Shown here one piece after another: positions 53,714-62,501 of a stretch of 64,000 nt of DNA. Below the pieces are notes generated by a model. It was not told the DNA's origin and did no database searches. It saw only the letters and a list, made by a program, of their open reading frames with translations. The stretch lies in assembly GCA_964517275.1 (NCBI GenBank), contig CAZFBL010000001.1:14144-78143 (forward strand), given 5' to 3'. How positions within the stretch are numbered: position 1 is the first letter of the stretch; each line of letters starts with the position of its first letter. This DNA comes from an uncultured Candidatus Saccharibacteria bacterium. GTDB lineage: Bacteria; Patescibacteriota; Minisyncoccia; Portnoybacterales; UBA2143. The position numbers and the translations under genes were made by a program.

Positions 53714-54983
53714 ATGGCTTCTTTTCTTAATCGCTTATTTGCCTTTCCAGGTTGCTCTTAATCCTTGGCCGGGCATTGATTTGGCCTCTTTACGATTATT
53801 TATTGTTCTGCTTCTAGGCTTTTGGCTAGTTGAGACTTTAATCAGTAGAACTTGGCCGAACTGGGTTTATTTTAAGAACTTACAGAGTCTGACTTTGTTA
53901 TTTTTTTTAGGTCTGGCTTTTTTCTCTTTAATCGGAGCCGAAAACACCATCTGGGGGTTAAGGAAAATCGGTTTTTTCTTGTCCGTCTTTCCTTTATATT
54001 TCTTAGTTTTAATTTTGGTTGATAGTTGGTCGCGGATGAGAAAAATTATTTTAATTTTAATAACCAGTGGTCTGGCTATGGCTTTAATCGGCCTCAGCCA
54101 ATTTTTAGCTCAGTTCGTCTTTGGTCTGGAAAAGGTTTACCAGTTCTGGGCGGTAAATATCGTTCCTCTTTTCTCCGGTTTTAATTTAGGGACGATGATT
54201 TTAGCTTATCCCAGTTGGCTGGTTAATCTTGACGGTCAAACCGTTTTAAGGGCTTTTTCTTTTTTCTCCGACCCTCACGTCTTCAGCTTTTACCTGGGGC
54301 TCCTCTTGCCTCTCGGCTTCATCCTTTATTTAAAAGAAAAAAAACCTTTTCTATTATTTTCCTCCGCCGCCTTATTTACTGCCTTGCTGTTTACTTTTAC
54401 CAGGGGCGCTTATCTGGCCGTTGTCGTCTCTTTTTTAACGCTAGCCTTCTTGGTTTGGAAGTATCTTCAAAAAAGGAAAGCCGCTCTCGGACTTGCCTTA
54501 GTCCTGCTTATTTTTTTGATTCCAGGAACACCAATCGCTGATAGATTTTATTCTTCTTTTGATTTGGACGACGGTTCTAACAAGGGCCGTTTAGAGATGT
54601 GGCAGCAGGCCGGTCAGGGCGGTTTGAAAAACTTGTGGCAGGGGGTCGGCCTTGGCAATTATTCTTTACTGGTTGAACCTGACTTGGATTACCGTAATCC
54701 AGCTACCGCCCACAACCTTTATTTAGATGTTTTTTCAGAAATGGGTATTTTCGCTTTGGTTATCTGGCTGGCCCTGGTTCTTGGGACGCTTGTCCAGTTG
54801 GTTTGGAGACCGGCCCAGTTCGGGCAAGCCGAGGAATATCTTAGACTGGGTTTAATTGGTTCGCTGGTTTACTTAACCGTCCATAGTTTTTTTGAAACAA
54901 CTATCTATAGTCCGGTTGTTTTGGCTCTTTTGATGATTATTTTGGCTTTATCGACTATTATCGCCAAGAAGGGCCTTGATTAA
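53706..54983 (+). CDS. O-antigen ligase/polymerase family (Wzy_C) protein
   Basis: R..SFFSDPH, TFTRGA, GRLEMW, GVGLGN, AHNLYL..FSEMG. Confidence 0.88.
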   Translation: MFKWLLFLIAYLPFQVALNPWPGIDLASLRLFIVLLLGFWLVETLISRTWPNWVYFKNLQSLTLLFFLGLAFFSLIGAENTIWGLRKIGFFLSVFPLYFLVLILVDSWSRMRKIILILITSGLAMALIGLSQFLAQFVFGLEKVYQFWAVNIVPLFSGFNLGTMILAYPSWLVNLDGQTVLRAFSFFSDPHVFSFYLGLLLPLGFILYLKEKKPFLLFSSAALFTALLFTFTRGAYLAVVVSFLTLAFLVWKYLQKRKAALGLALVLLIFLIPGTPIADRFYSSFDLDDGSNKGRLEMWQQAGQGGLKNLWQGVGLGNYSLLVEPDLDYRNPATAHNLYLDVFSEMGIFALVIWLALVLGTLVQLVWRPAQFGQAEEYLRLGLIGSLVYLTVHSFFETTIYSPVVLALLMIILALSTIIAKKGLD

Positions 54984-56178
54984 TATGCTCCAGAAGTTTG
55001 TTAATTTGTTAATCTATTTAGTCGCCTTGCTTCTACCGGTTTATTTAATCCGTTTTGAAGTTTTTTCGTTGCCGATTAATTTACTGGAATTAATTATCGC
55101 TATTCTGTTGGCTCTTTGGTTAATTCTGAAAGTAAGCTCGACTCCTTTCCGATTCCGAGGACCAGCCTTTTTTTATCCAATTTTTCTAATCTTTGTTGGT
55201 CTGACTTTAGCCACTTTCTTTTCGGCTGATTTGAGAATAAGCGCTGGTATTTGGAAAAGCTGGTTTATTGTCCCCTGGCTCTATCTGGTCGTTTTAGTTG
55301 ATAATCTACAGACCGAAAAACAAGTCAATAAACTATTAATTGCTCTGACTTTATCCGGCCTGGGCGTTGCTTCAGTCGCTCTTGTCTATCGGCTGACTGG
55401 TCAGTTGACCTATGACGGTCGACTGAATGCCTTTTATCTTTCCCCTAATCATCTGGCTATGTATCTGTCGCCAATTCTCATTCTTTCTTTTTATCTTTAT
55501 TTCTGTTTTAAACGCAGCTTTTTCAAAATATTATTATTGTTAGTCGACTGCTTATTGTTATTGACCGTTTTTTTGACCTATTCCTATGGCGCCTGGCTGG
55601 GTTTATTGACTGCTTTTATTTTTCTGCTGATAATTCTGTATAGAAATAGGGATTGGTTTAGAAATTCAAAGATAGCCCTGGCGGCGATTAGCCTGATTTT
55701 TTTAGTTTTTATTCTAGCCTGCTTGAGTCAAATTCCCAGTCATAAATTCCAGAGCCTGGCTGATTTATCTTATCCCTCTTTGCAGTCGCGATTGGCGATT
55801 TGGCGGAGCGCTTGGCAAATAGCTGTTGACCATCTTTGGTTAGGCATCGGCCCCGGGCTTTTTCAGCAATATTATTTGGACTATCAGAACCAAATGCCTC
55901 CTTACTTGGAATGGGCTGTTCCACAGCCTCATAATCTTTTTTTGGCCTTCTGGTTACAGACTGGCTTGCTTGGTTTAATCGGCTTTATTTGGCTTTTAGC
56001 TCTCTTTTTTAAGCAAATATTCAAGCAAATAAAAAACAGCCATCTGATTGCCTGTTTTTTAATGGCGGCTATGATTTATCTTTTAATCCACGGTTTAATC
56101 GATACTACTTATTGGAAGAATGATTTGTCAATTATCTTTTGGTTGATAATCGGTCTGGCTTCCAGCCGGCTTGCTTAA
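54976..56178 (+). CDS. O-antigen ligase/polymerase family (Wzy_C) protein
   Basis: GRL.AFY.SPN, TYSYGA, SRLAIW, GIGPG, PHNLFL.FW.QTG. Confidence 0.88.
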   Translation: MINMLQKFVNLLIYLVALLLPVYLIRFEVFSLPINLLELIIAILLALWLILKVSSTPFRFRGPAFFYPIFLIFVGLTLATFFSADLRISAGIWKSWFIVPWLYLVVLVDNLQTEKQVNKLLIALTLSGLGVASVALVYRLTGQLTYDGRLNAFYLSPNHLAMYLSPILILSFYLYFCFKRSFFKILLLLVDCLLLLTVFLTYSYGAWLGLLTAFIFLLIILYRNRDWFRNSKIALAAISLIFLVFILACLSQIPSHKFQSLADLSYPSLQSRLAIWRSAWQIAVDHLWLGIGPGLFQQYYLDYQNQMPPYLEWAVPQPHNLFLAFWLQTGLLGLIGFIWLLALFFKQIFKQIKNSHLIACFLMAAMIYLLIHGLIDTTYWKNDLSIIFWLIIGLASSRLA

Positions 56179-56210
56179 TTAAAGCGAAAGTGGGTCCTTG
56201 TCGCCGGCGA

Positions 56211-56327
56211 GAAAAGGTCTGGCCTCGCCCAACCCAGCTCGTAATTATTGGTTAGTTTTGAAAATTTTAGTTGGAAAGGCCAGACCTTTTCAAAAGGCCA
56301 GGCCTTTTCGAAAGGCCAGACCTTTTC
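56211..56327. mobile_element. MITE/REPIN-like element, copy 2, with two extra tandem arms
   Basis: 81-bp core homologous to 8715-8795 with 15-bp perfect inverted repeats, followed by two more AAAGGCCAG(A/G)CCTTTTC units. Confidence 0.75.
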
Positions 56328-56341
56328 CTTTCTACTGGTTA

Positions 56342-57478
56342 TCAAAGTTCTAAGCTATAAAGCAGACTGTTGAGTTTATTGATAAAAAGAAGATAGTCTT
56401 CCAAGGGGGATAAAAGCAGTTGTTGGGCATCGTAAGACATAGTTTCTTCTTCAGCCTCGGCCGATGGATAAATCTGAATCTTCTCTCCGGTATCTAAATT
56501 AACCCGCCAAAAATTATCAGCCAAGACAACTAACCCTTTGTAATAATCATCAGGCAAGGTGGCTGTGGTCGAAATATTCTTAGGAACGGCGCAGAAAATG
56601 GTTCGGTTATCCTGAGACCAAACGCATTTTTCCGGCAAAGTGACAAAATCCAATTCCTTAGTCGTCTGCTTAGCCAAATTGGCTATTTTTAATTTGAGAT
56701 TTTTGCCCCGTTCATCAGTCTCCGAAAAGAGTATTTTGTCTCCCTGCGGCGACCAAATAACAGTCAAGCCATAAGTTTCGCTAATAAGCTTCTGTAAATG
56801 GCCGTTGGCCAAATCAATTGAATAGACAACGCTTTGTGCTAAACCGCTTGGTCTGGTCCGAATGGATAATTGGCTGGAATTGGGCCACTCAACAATCAAG
56901 TTTTTCATCCGGGTGGCTAAAATATTAGTCCAGTTTGAACCATCCGGATTGGCAATACTAATATTATTGTCTTCAGTCTGCGGATTATAGTATTGATAAG
57001 CGATTTTGTCTTGGTTAGGCGACCAGGTGATGTGTCGGATATTTGAATCAAGCTGGGTCGCTTTTTCGGTTTGGTAATCATAAAGATATTTTTTTATTTC
57101 TCCTCCGTCATCAAAAATAGCAATAACCTTATCTCGCTGGGGTGACCAGAGAGCTTTTAACAAATCGGTTAGTAGATTAGCCGAAACCCTTGTTTTATCG
57201 GAGCCATCAAAATCGGATTCGAAAACATTGCCGTTACCCATTAGATAATACTTGACTTTTTGTCCATCAGCAATCGGACTTAAAATTGATTCTTGGGTGA
57301 TTGTCTTGATTCGACCGGCTTGCTTTAGCTCGGTTGAGGAAGCTGGGCCGGTTGTCGGTTTAGTCGGTTCTTCTTCTTTGAAAAAGTAATTATAAGCAAT
57401 TAAAAAACCTACTACAAGGACAAGTAGGACGATTAAAATGATAAAGATTTTTTTGAGCGACATATTTTTATTTAGCAA
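56342..57478 (-). CDS. Membrane-anchored TolB-like beta-propeller protein
   Basis: N-terminal TM; repeated WSP..DK motifs; TLPEKCVWS...IFCAVP. Confidence 0.75.
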   Translation of the reverse strand: MLNKNMSLKKIFIILIVLLVLVVGFLIAYNYFFKEEEPTKPTTGPASSTELKQAGRIKTITQESILSPIADGQKVKYYLMGNGNVFESDFDGSDKTRVSANLLTDLLKALWSPQRDKVIAIFDDGGEIKKYLYDYQTEKATQLDSNIRHITWSPNQDKIAYQYYNPQTEDNNISIANPDGSNWTNILATRMKNLIVEWPNSSQLSIRTRPSGLAQSVVYSIDLANGHLQKLISETYGLTVIWSPQGDKILFSETDERGKNLKLKIANLAKQTTKELDFVTLPEKCVWSQDNRTIFCAVPKNISTTATLPDDYYKGLVVLADNFWRVNLDTGEKIQIYPSAEAEEETMSYDAQQLLLSPLEDYLLFINKLNSLLYSLEL

Positions 57479-57491
57479 GAGTTAACTATTA

Positions 57492-57953
57492 TTAGGGGCC
57501 AGCTGTTTCTATGCACTGACAAGAACTGAAATCCCAGGAGTAGTTCGGCTCACAGGGTATTTCGCATTGAGCCGGGCAATGGCCCGGATGGCACGGTTCA
57601 TGCCAACTGACTAAGTCTGGATTGATTGTGTTTAAAATTAAATAGGCGGCTAATGCTAATAATAGGCCGGAAATAGCTCCCCAAATATATTTCTTGGCTT
57701 CTTCTTTAGAGGTAATTGTTCCGGAGAGCATATAGTTGAAGCCGCCATAAACTAAAGCGGCTAGAGCGGCGATACCGACTAGACCTAGGCCAAAAAGATA
57801 AATATAGCGAAGATAGGTCAATAAATCAGGTTCGGTTTCGGTCATCTGGGGGATGCTTACTTCTATTTCGTAAGCAGTTTGACCGATAAAAGGAATTAAT
57901 AATAAACAGCCGAGCGCGGAAGACAAGATAATTTTAATTAATAGTTTTTTCAT
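57492..57953 (-). CDS. TrbC/VirB2-like pilin with Cys-rich tail
   Basis: Signal peptide, GG..YM.SG...AK..I..AI.GL.L...AY.IL.TINP, C-terminal Cys cluster. Confidence 0.8.
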   Translation of the reverse strand: MKKLLIKIILSSALGCLLLIPFIGQTAYEIEVSIPQMTETEPDLLTYLRYIYLFGLGLVGIAALAALVYGGFNYMLSGTITSKEEAKKYIWGAISGLLLALAAYLILNTINPDLVSWHEPCHPGHCPAQCEIPCEPNYSWDFSSCQCIETAGP

Positions 57954-57976
57954 TGATTATGAATTAGTCGTAAAAC

Positions 57977-58723
57977 CTAAGGGATGAGGTTTATTTCTGC
58001 TTTAGTTTGGGCATCTTGTAGAGAGTTATTCTTGTTTTCTAAATTAATAGTCAAGTCTTCTTCAATTGATTGGCCTACTTGGCCTACTTTAATAATAACG
58101 ACGTTAGGATGTTCGTTGCCGGTTTGGGACAATTCTTTTTCTCCCCAGTTCCATTGGTAATTTAGTTCGTTTAAATTTTGAATGTTGAAAAAATAAGGTT
58201 GGGCCGTGAATTTTACTTCCTGATTAGCTTTGATTTGATATTGAGAAGTTAATCGGCTAAGTTTCCGGGGGAATATATCAGTTTTTAAAACAACTTCTGG
58301 TTCAGCCGTTTTTAAAGAAAGAAGAGGCGAATAACCCAGGAAATTATTTTGGTTGTCTCTAATCAGTACCTTGATCAAGTATTGTTGGTTGAGGCTCTGG
58401 CTGGTCTTAAATCTGAAAATCTGTTTATCCTGGCCGGAGTCTTTTTTTTGAAGTTGGCCATCCAGAAACCATTGATAATTTAGCTCCTGGAGATTGGTTT
58501 CCAGCTGGCCGGTCAGCCAGTCAATATTAGCCACCACTTCAATCATGCTTTCCTGGCTGGGCAAGGCCTTGCCCGGGTAATTAGTCGGGACGTAGACATC
58601 GGTTGACCAAGTTAGAGTGATTGATATCCTTTGGGCTTGGCCTCCTGTGAAAGGAAACAATATAAAGAGACAGCAACAGATAAGCGGGAGGAAATATCTA
58701 ATTAAAATTATTCGTTTATTCAT
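57977..58723 (-). CDS. Secreted Ig-like hypothetical protein
   Basis: Signal peptide; W..D.YVP..YPGKALP, Y.W.LDG, AQPYFF. Confidence 0.7.
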   Translation of the reverse strand: MNKRIILIRYFLPLICCCLFILFPFTGGQAQRISITLTWSTDVYVPTNYPGKALPSQESMIEVVANIDWLTGQLETNLQELNYQWFLDGQLQKKDSGQDKQIFRFKTSQSLNQQYLIKVLIRDNQNNFLGYSPLLSLKTAEPEVVLKTDIFPRKLSRLTSQYQIKANQEVKFTAQPYFFNIQNLNELNYQWNWGEKELSQTGNEHPNVVIIKVGQVGQSIEEDLTINLENKNNSLQDAQTKAEINLIP

Positions 58724-59124
58724 TTTATTTTAGTCGGCTTTGCTAGGGTTTTGGACAGATAGCCTTTCTCTTCCAGATAGATGCTGATAACAAAAATAGT
58801 CCAGGTTGGCAATAAATCGCCTAGGCCGGGAATTAGTTCAGTTAAAAAAGTTGTTCCAAATCTAGCGCCAGGAAAACGATGTAAGCGAACAAGACACCAG
58901 AGTCCGAGAATCCCAGCCGTAACCAGATCAATAAGTCGAAAAAGCAGTAAATCTAATCCCAGCCAGTCGCAAAGGTCGTTAATTGCCGCGATAAGGCCAA
59001 TAAGGAAGAATTCAACGTCACTAATTTCGCTAGCGGCCGGAGATAATTCTTTTCTGACTTTAACTTTTTTCTTAGTGGCCTTAGCCCTTCTGGCCTGATT
59101 AAGAGAAGCTGTATAATTAGGCAT
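58720..59124 (-). CDS. Hypothetical membrane protein
   Basis: Hydrophobic segments and ELIPGLGDLLP.WT; sits in the operon with the VirB4-like ATPase. Confidence 0.7.
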   Translation of the reverse strand: MPNYTASLNQARRAKATKKKVKVRKELSPAASEISDVEFFLIGLIAAINDLCDWLGLDLLLFRLIDLVTAGILGLWCLVRLHRFPGARFGTTFLTELIPGLGDLLPTWTIFVISIYLEEKGYLSKTLAKPTKIK

Positions 59125-59142
59125 ATTTGTTGTCTATTTTAA

Positions 59143-60957
59143 TCAATAGGCCGTACCGGCGGTCTCCTTCGTCTCCTTTCCGTTCTCTTCGGCCAGTTCT
59201 TTTTTGGCCTGTTCAATCTCCATCAATTGAGCTGGGTCAGAAGTGATAATCTGGTCTTCGGTGTAGGAGGCGATTACTTGGATAGCTACGTGTTTTAGGC
59301 CAGCGAAGAAAATACCCTCGCCGACGCTGGCCGCTAGTAATCTGCTTTTTTCTTGTTCGGTTAAATGAAAGGTTTCCTTAACCACGTCAATTGTCGCTGG
59401 CGACTGCTTTAATAGGAGCTGTAAAGAGGAGTTAGTGACAATCGGTTTGCCGTATTTGGATTTCATAAAGTCAGCTATGTCTTGAGTGATAGTAGTCAGT
59501 CCCAGGTAATACTTTCGACACCTTTTGGCGATTCCGAAAAGGAAAGAAGCGGCGTCCTCGTGCTGCATCATCCACCAAGCCTCGTCAACGACTAAAATCC
59601 TTTTCTTCTTTTGAGAGCGGACAATATTCCAGATATAACGAAGAATGACATACATAGCTAAAGGCCTTAATTCGTCCTCCATGTCGCGAATACTAAAGAC
59701 GACTAATTTTTTACCTAATTCTATGTTGGTTGGTTCATTAAAGAAGCCGGCGTAGCTGCCACTAACATATTTTTCTAAACGGGTGGCCAAACTTTCTCCG
59801 CCAGTCATTCCTTTTAAAACAGTATAGAGGTCCTGCATTAAAGGCGGATTGATTTTGGTGAAATCTGACTCGGCGGTGATATCGCGGGCGGCGTAAGTTT
59901 GGCTGAGCGCTTTATCTATGACAGCGTCTTCTTCCGGAGTCAAACCACCAAGCATTATTCTTAAAAGGCCGACTAGATTGATAATGTTGCTTCTTAAAAG
60001 ATTGGCCGGCTTGTCGTCTGGTCCGGGCAAGGGCAAGTCAAACGGATTAAGATGGTGAGTTGAAGTCAGGGAAATATCAATAAAGCTGCCGCCAACCGTT
60101 TCAGTCAGATATTTATATTCTTTTTCCGGGTCAATGATAATTACTTCTGCCTCCTGCATCAAAGAACGGAGAACTTCCAATTTAACTGAATATGATTTTC
60201 CTGAGCCGGATTTGGCAAAAACGACCATATTCCCGTTTTCCAAACTAAAACGGTCGAATAAGATTAGGGAGTTATTGTGAGTGTTAATGCCGTAAAGAAT
60301 CCCCTTATTGTCAGTTAAATCAGAAGAAATGAAAGGGAAAGTTGATGATAAGGGAGCGGTGTTAAAGCTGTTATGAATGATTAGTTTGTCTTCTTCTAAA
60401 GGCAAGGTTGAAATAAGGCCTTGTTCCTGTTGAAAGACAGCTGGCTTGGCATAGATGCTCTGGTTTTCTAGAATAGCCCTGATTTCGTTCTCAATTTCAT
60501 CTAACTGTTTGATTGAGTCGGAAAAAAATGTAATATAAAGGCCGAATTTGAAAAGCCTTTCCATGCCTTGCTGTAATTTGTCGCGTAAATCTTCAACATT
60601 TTGAAAGGCGGTTTCCAAAACTGGACTACGTACTCTGCCTTTCTCTTGCTGAAGAGATATTTGAGACTGAATTTGAGCCGTCTTCTTAGTTAGATTTTTT
60701 AAAACAGTTCTTGTCTCTATCGGATGAATGAATAAAGAAACATTCATTTCTTGGTCAAAAGTGATGATCGGCGAGAGCCAGCCAGTGTTCAAAACGCTCG
60801 GATAAGTAAAAACAAAGATGGTCCGGCCGTATTTTTGGCCAAGCTGGAAATAGCCGGATTCAATCTTAAGCCCAGCCGGAGCAATCAAATTAACCAAGTC
60901 TGTTTTAGAATCTATTTCCAAGGGTTCTTCTTTTTTTATTTTTTTGAACAGAGACAT
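59143..60957 (-). CDS. VirB4/TraC-like ATPase
   Basis: AKSGSGKS Walker A, IIDPEKEY, LNPFD, VVDEAW, RCRKY, ITQD. Confidence 0.92.
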   Translation of the reverse strand: MSLFKKIKKEEPLEIDSKTDLVNLIAPAGLKIESGYFQLGQKYGRTIFVFTYPSVLNTGWLSPIITFDQEMNVSLFIHPIETRTVLKNLTKKTAQIQSQISLQQEKGRVRSPVLETAFQNVEDLRDKLQQGMERLFKFGLYITFFSDSIKQLDEIENEIRAILENQSIYAKPAVFQQEQGLISTLPLEEDKLIIHNSFNTAPLSSTFPFISSDLTDNKGILYGINTHNNSLILFDRFSLENGNMVVFAKSGSGKSYSVKLEVLRSLMQEAEVIIIDPEKEYKYLTETVGGSFIDISLTSTHHLNPFDLPLPGPDDKPANLLRSNIINLVGLLRIMLGGLTPEEDAVIDKALSQTYAARDITAESDFTKINPPLMQDLYTVLKGMTGGESLATRLEKYVSGSYAGFFNEPTNIELGKKLVVFSIRDMEDELRPLAMYVILRYIWNIVRSQKKKRILVVDEAWWMMQHEDAASFLFGIAKRCRKYYLGLTTITQDIADFMKSKYGKPIVTNSSLQLLLKQSPATIDVVKETFHLTEQEKSRLLAASVGEGIFFAGLKHVAIQVIASYTEDQIITSDPAQLMEIEQAKKELAEENGKETKETAGTAY

Positions 60958-60958
60958 G

Positions 60959-61615
60959 TTATTCCATTCTTAACTCCTTAGCCTTGCCCAGCTCGGGCTC
61001 TTCTTTGGCGCTGGGGTTGTATAGTTTGTAGAAAAGTTCAATCAGTTCATCGGTTTTTAAGGGAACCGCCTTAAGACCAGTGCTTCTTAAACCGGCTGTA
61101 ATGAACTCAACTCTTTGCCAGAGATTATTTTTTAATTCCTCGAAGCTTTCTTGGGAGCTGGAATCCTTATTCTTTTTAAAACCGCCTAATAAGTTACCAA
61201 AGAAACCAATCTTTTTAGTAATGGAGGGATTATAAGGAACGATTAAGTAGAAGGATTCGGTCATAATATTGGTTGTCTCGGTCAGGCCTTTAACAAAATC
61301 AAGATATTCTGAAGTCTGTACTTTTAGTAATTCATTTTCTTGTTTTTCCTGATGTTGCTTTAATGTTTCTAAATACGGCTCAATGTCGAATTTTCGGGAA
61401 GCGGCCATAATTTGGATAGGAAAATCAAGCGAATTTAGAAGGGCCTGATAACGATGGACAATAGCGTCCTGCTCATCAGTTGATTTAAGGGCAAAATTAA
61501 TACTGCTAGTCATTAAAATAGCCCGCAGTCCACCGCTCTTGAGAATCAGGACGCCGTCCTTTATTTCTTTAATTGGTAAGTGTTTTTGGATAGAGGCTGA
61601 TTTTTGTTGAGACAT
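60959..61615 (-). CDS. VirB4-associated hypothetical protein
   Basis: INF.LKS..EQ, LNSLDFPIQI, ELIELFY.LYNP; lies between PrgI-like and VirB4-like genes. Confidence 0.7.
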   Translation of the reverse strand: MSQQKSASIQKHLPIKEIKDGVLILKSGGLRAILMTSSINFALKSTDEQDAIVHRYQALLNSLDFPIQIMAASRKFDIEPYLETLKQHQEKQENELLKVQTSEYLDFVKGLTETTNIMTESFYLIVPYNPSITKKIGFFGNLLGGFKKNKDSSSQESFEELKNNLWQRVEFITAGLRSTGLKAVPLKTDELIELFYKLYNPSAKEEPELGKAKELRME

Positions 61616-61893
61616 TATTTTTTTCGCCAGAGATATAATCTGGGCTTCCTTAAGTATTTGACTAATGAGCCCAAAAGAGAAACAAACGGCCGGCCGTTGA
61701 CTCTATAAAAAGCTAAAGCGCCGCAGAGAGCCGCCACCGGAATGGCTACAATAATAAAAGCGGTCAGCTTAAGAAAAAACCAAAGGATAAAAAGCAAGCC
61801 GGCCCCGCCTCCTAAGTAGAAAAACTGTTTTAAGGTTAAGGGACCGATAATTTTGTCTTCTACTTCAATAAATTGGGGAACATTGAACTGCAT
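61615..61893 (-). CDS. PrgI family (VirB3-like) protein
   Basis: MQFNVPQFIEVEDKIIGPLTLKQF, two TM helices, NGRPF. Confidence 0.9.
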   Translation of the reverse strand: MQFNVPQFIEVEDKIIGPLTLKQFFYLGGGAGLLFILWFFLKLTAFIIVAIPVAALCGALAFYRVNGRPFVSLLGSLVKYLRKPRLYLWRKK

Positions 61894-61936
61894 ATTTTGG
61901 CAAGCAAAATAATTTTTCCTGACTTTCTTGAGAAAA

Positions 61937-62497
61937 TTAATGTCCGTTTTTTAAATCGACCACATTTCCCTCTAGACGCGGTCCATCTGCCTTGGCTTGA
62001 TCTGATGTTTCAATTGGTTCGCGATAAGTATCTCCTCTGGCTGGCTGTGATTCGGCTCTTTCAGGCGGACTATCTTTTAATTTAACCACCGGCGATGGAC
62101 TTGGCTCTTTGACAGTTCCTTCTTCACGCGGCCAGGACGGGACCCGATGAATCTTTTTTAAGTTTTCTTTGACTGGTAGAAAAATAGTCTGATTAATATC
62201 TCTGGCCAGCTGACGAGCCGGTTCTTCGGCTAAGCCGCATTCTTTCTGGAGCGACTTGACAAAATTAACGATGTTGGTTTCGCCTAATAAGATTAGGCCG
62301 GTCACGTAAGAAGCCTGGACAAGCTGTTCCCTATCCAAATTGTTTTTTAAACCGATTTCTCTGACTTGGTTGGCAGTATTTTCATTAAAAAATAAGTTGC
62401 GCATCTCTGGCGGAAGTTGAAAATAAATACCGTATCTTTTTCTAATAGTCGGATTATTAACTTTTTTTAATTTTTTTACTTGTAAGGAAGTAAGCAT
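61937..62497 (-). CDS. Hypothetical protein
   Basis: 186-aa ORF within the cluster; C-terminal DTYREPI and NVVDLK motifs. Confidence 0.7.
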   Translation of the reverse strand: MLTSLQVKKLKKVNNPTIRKRYGIYFQLPPEMRNLFFNENTANQVREIGLKNNLDREQLVQASYVTGLILLGETNIVNFVKSLQKECGLAEEPARQLARDINQTIFLPVKENLKKIHRVPSWPREEGTVKEPSPSPVVKLKDSPPERAESQPARGDTYREPIETSDQAKADGPRLEGNVVDLKNGH

Positions 62498-62501
62498 GTT
62501 T

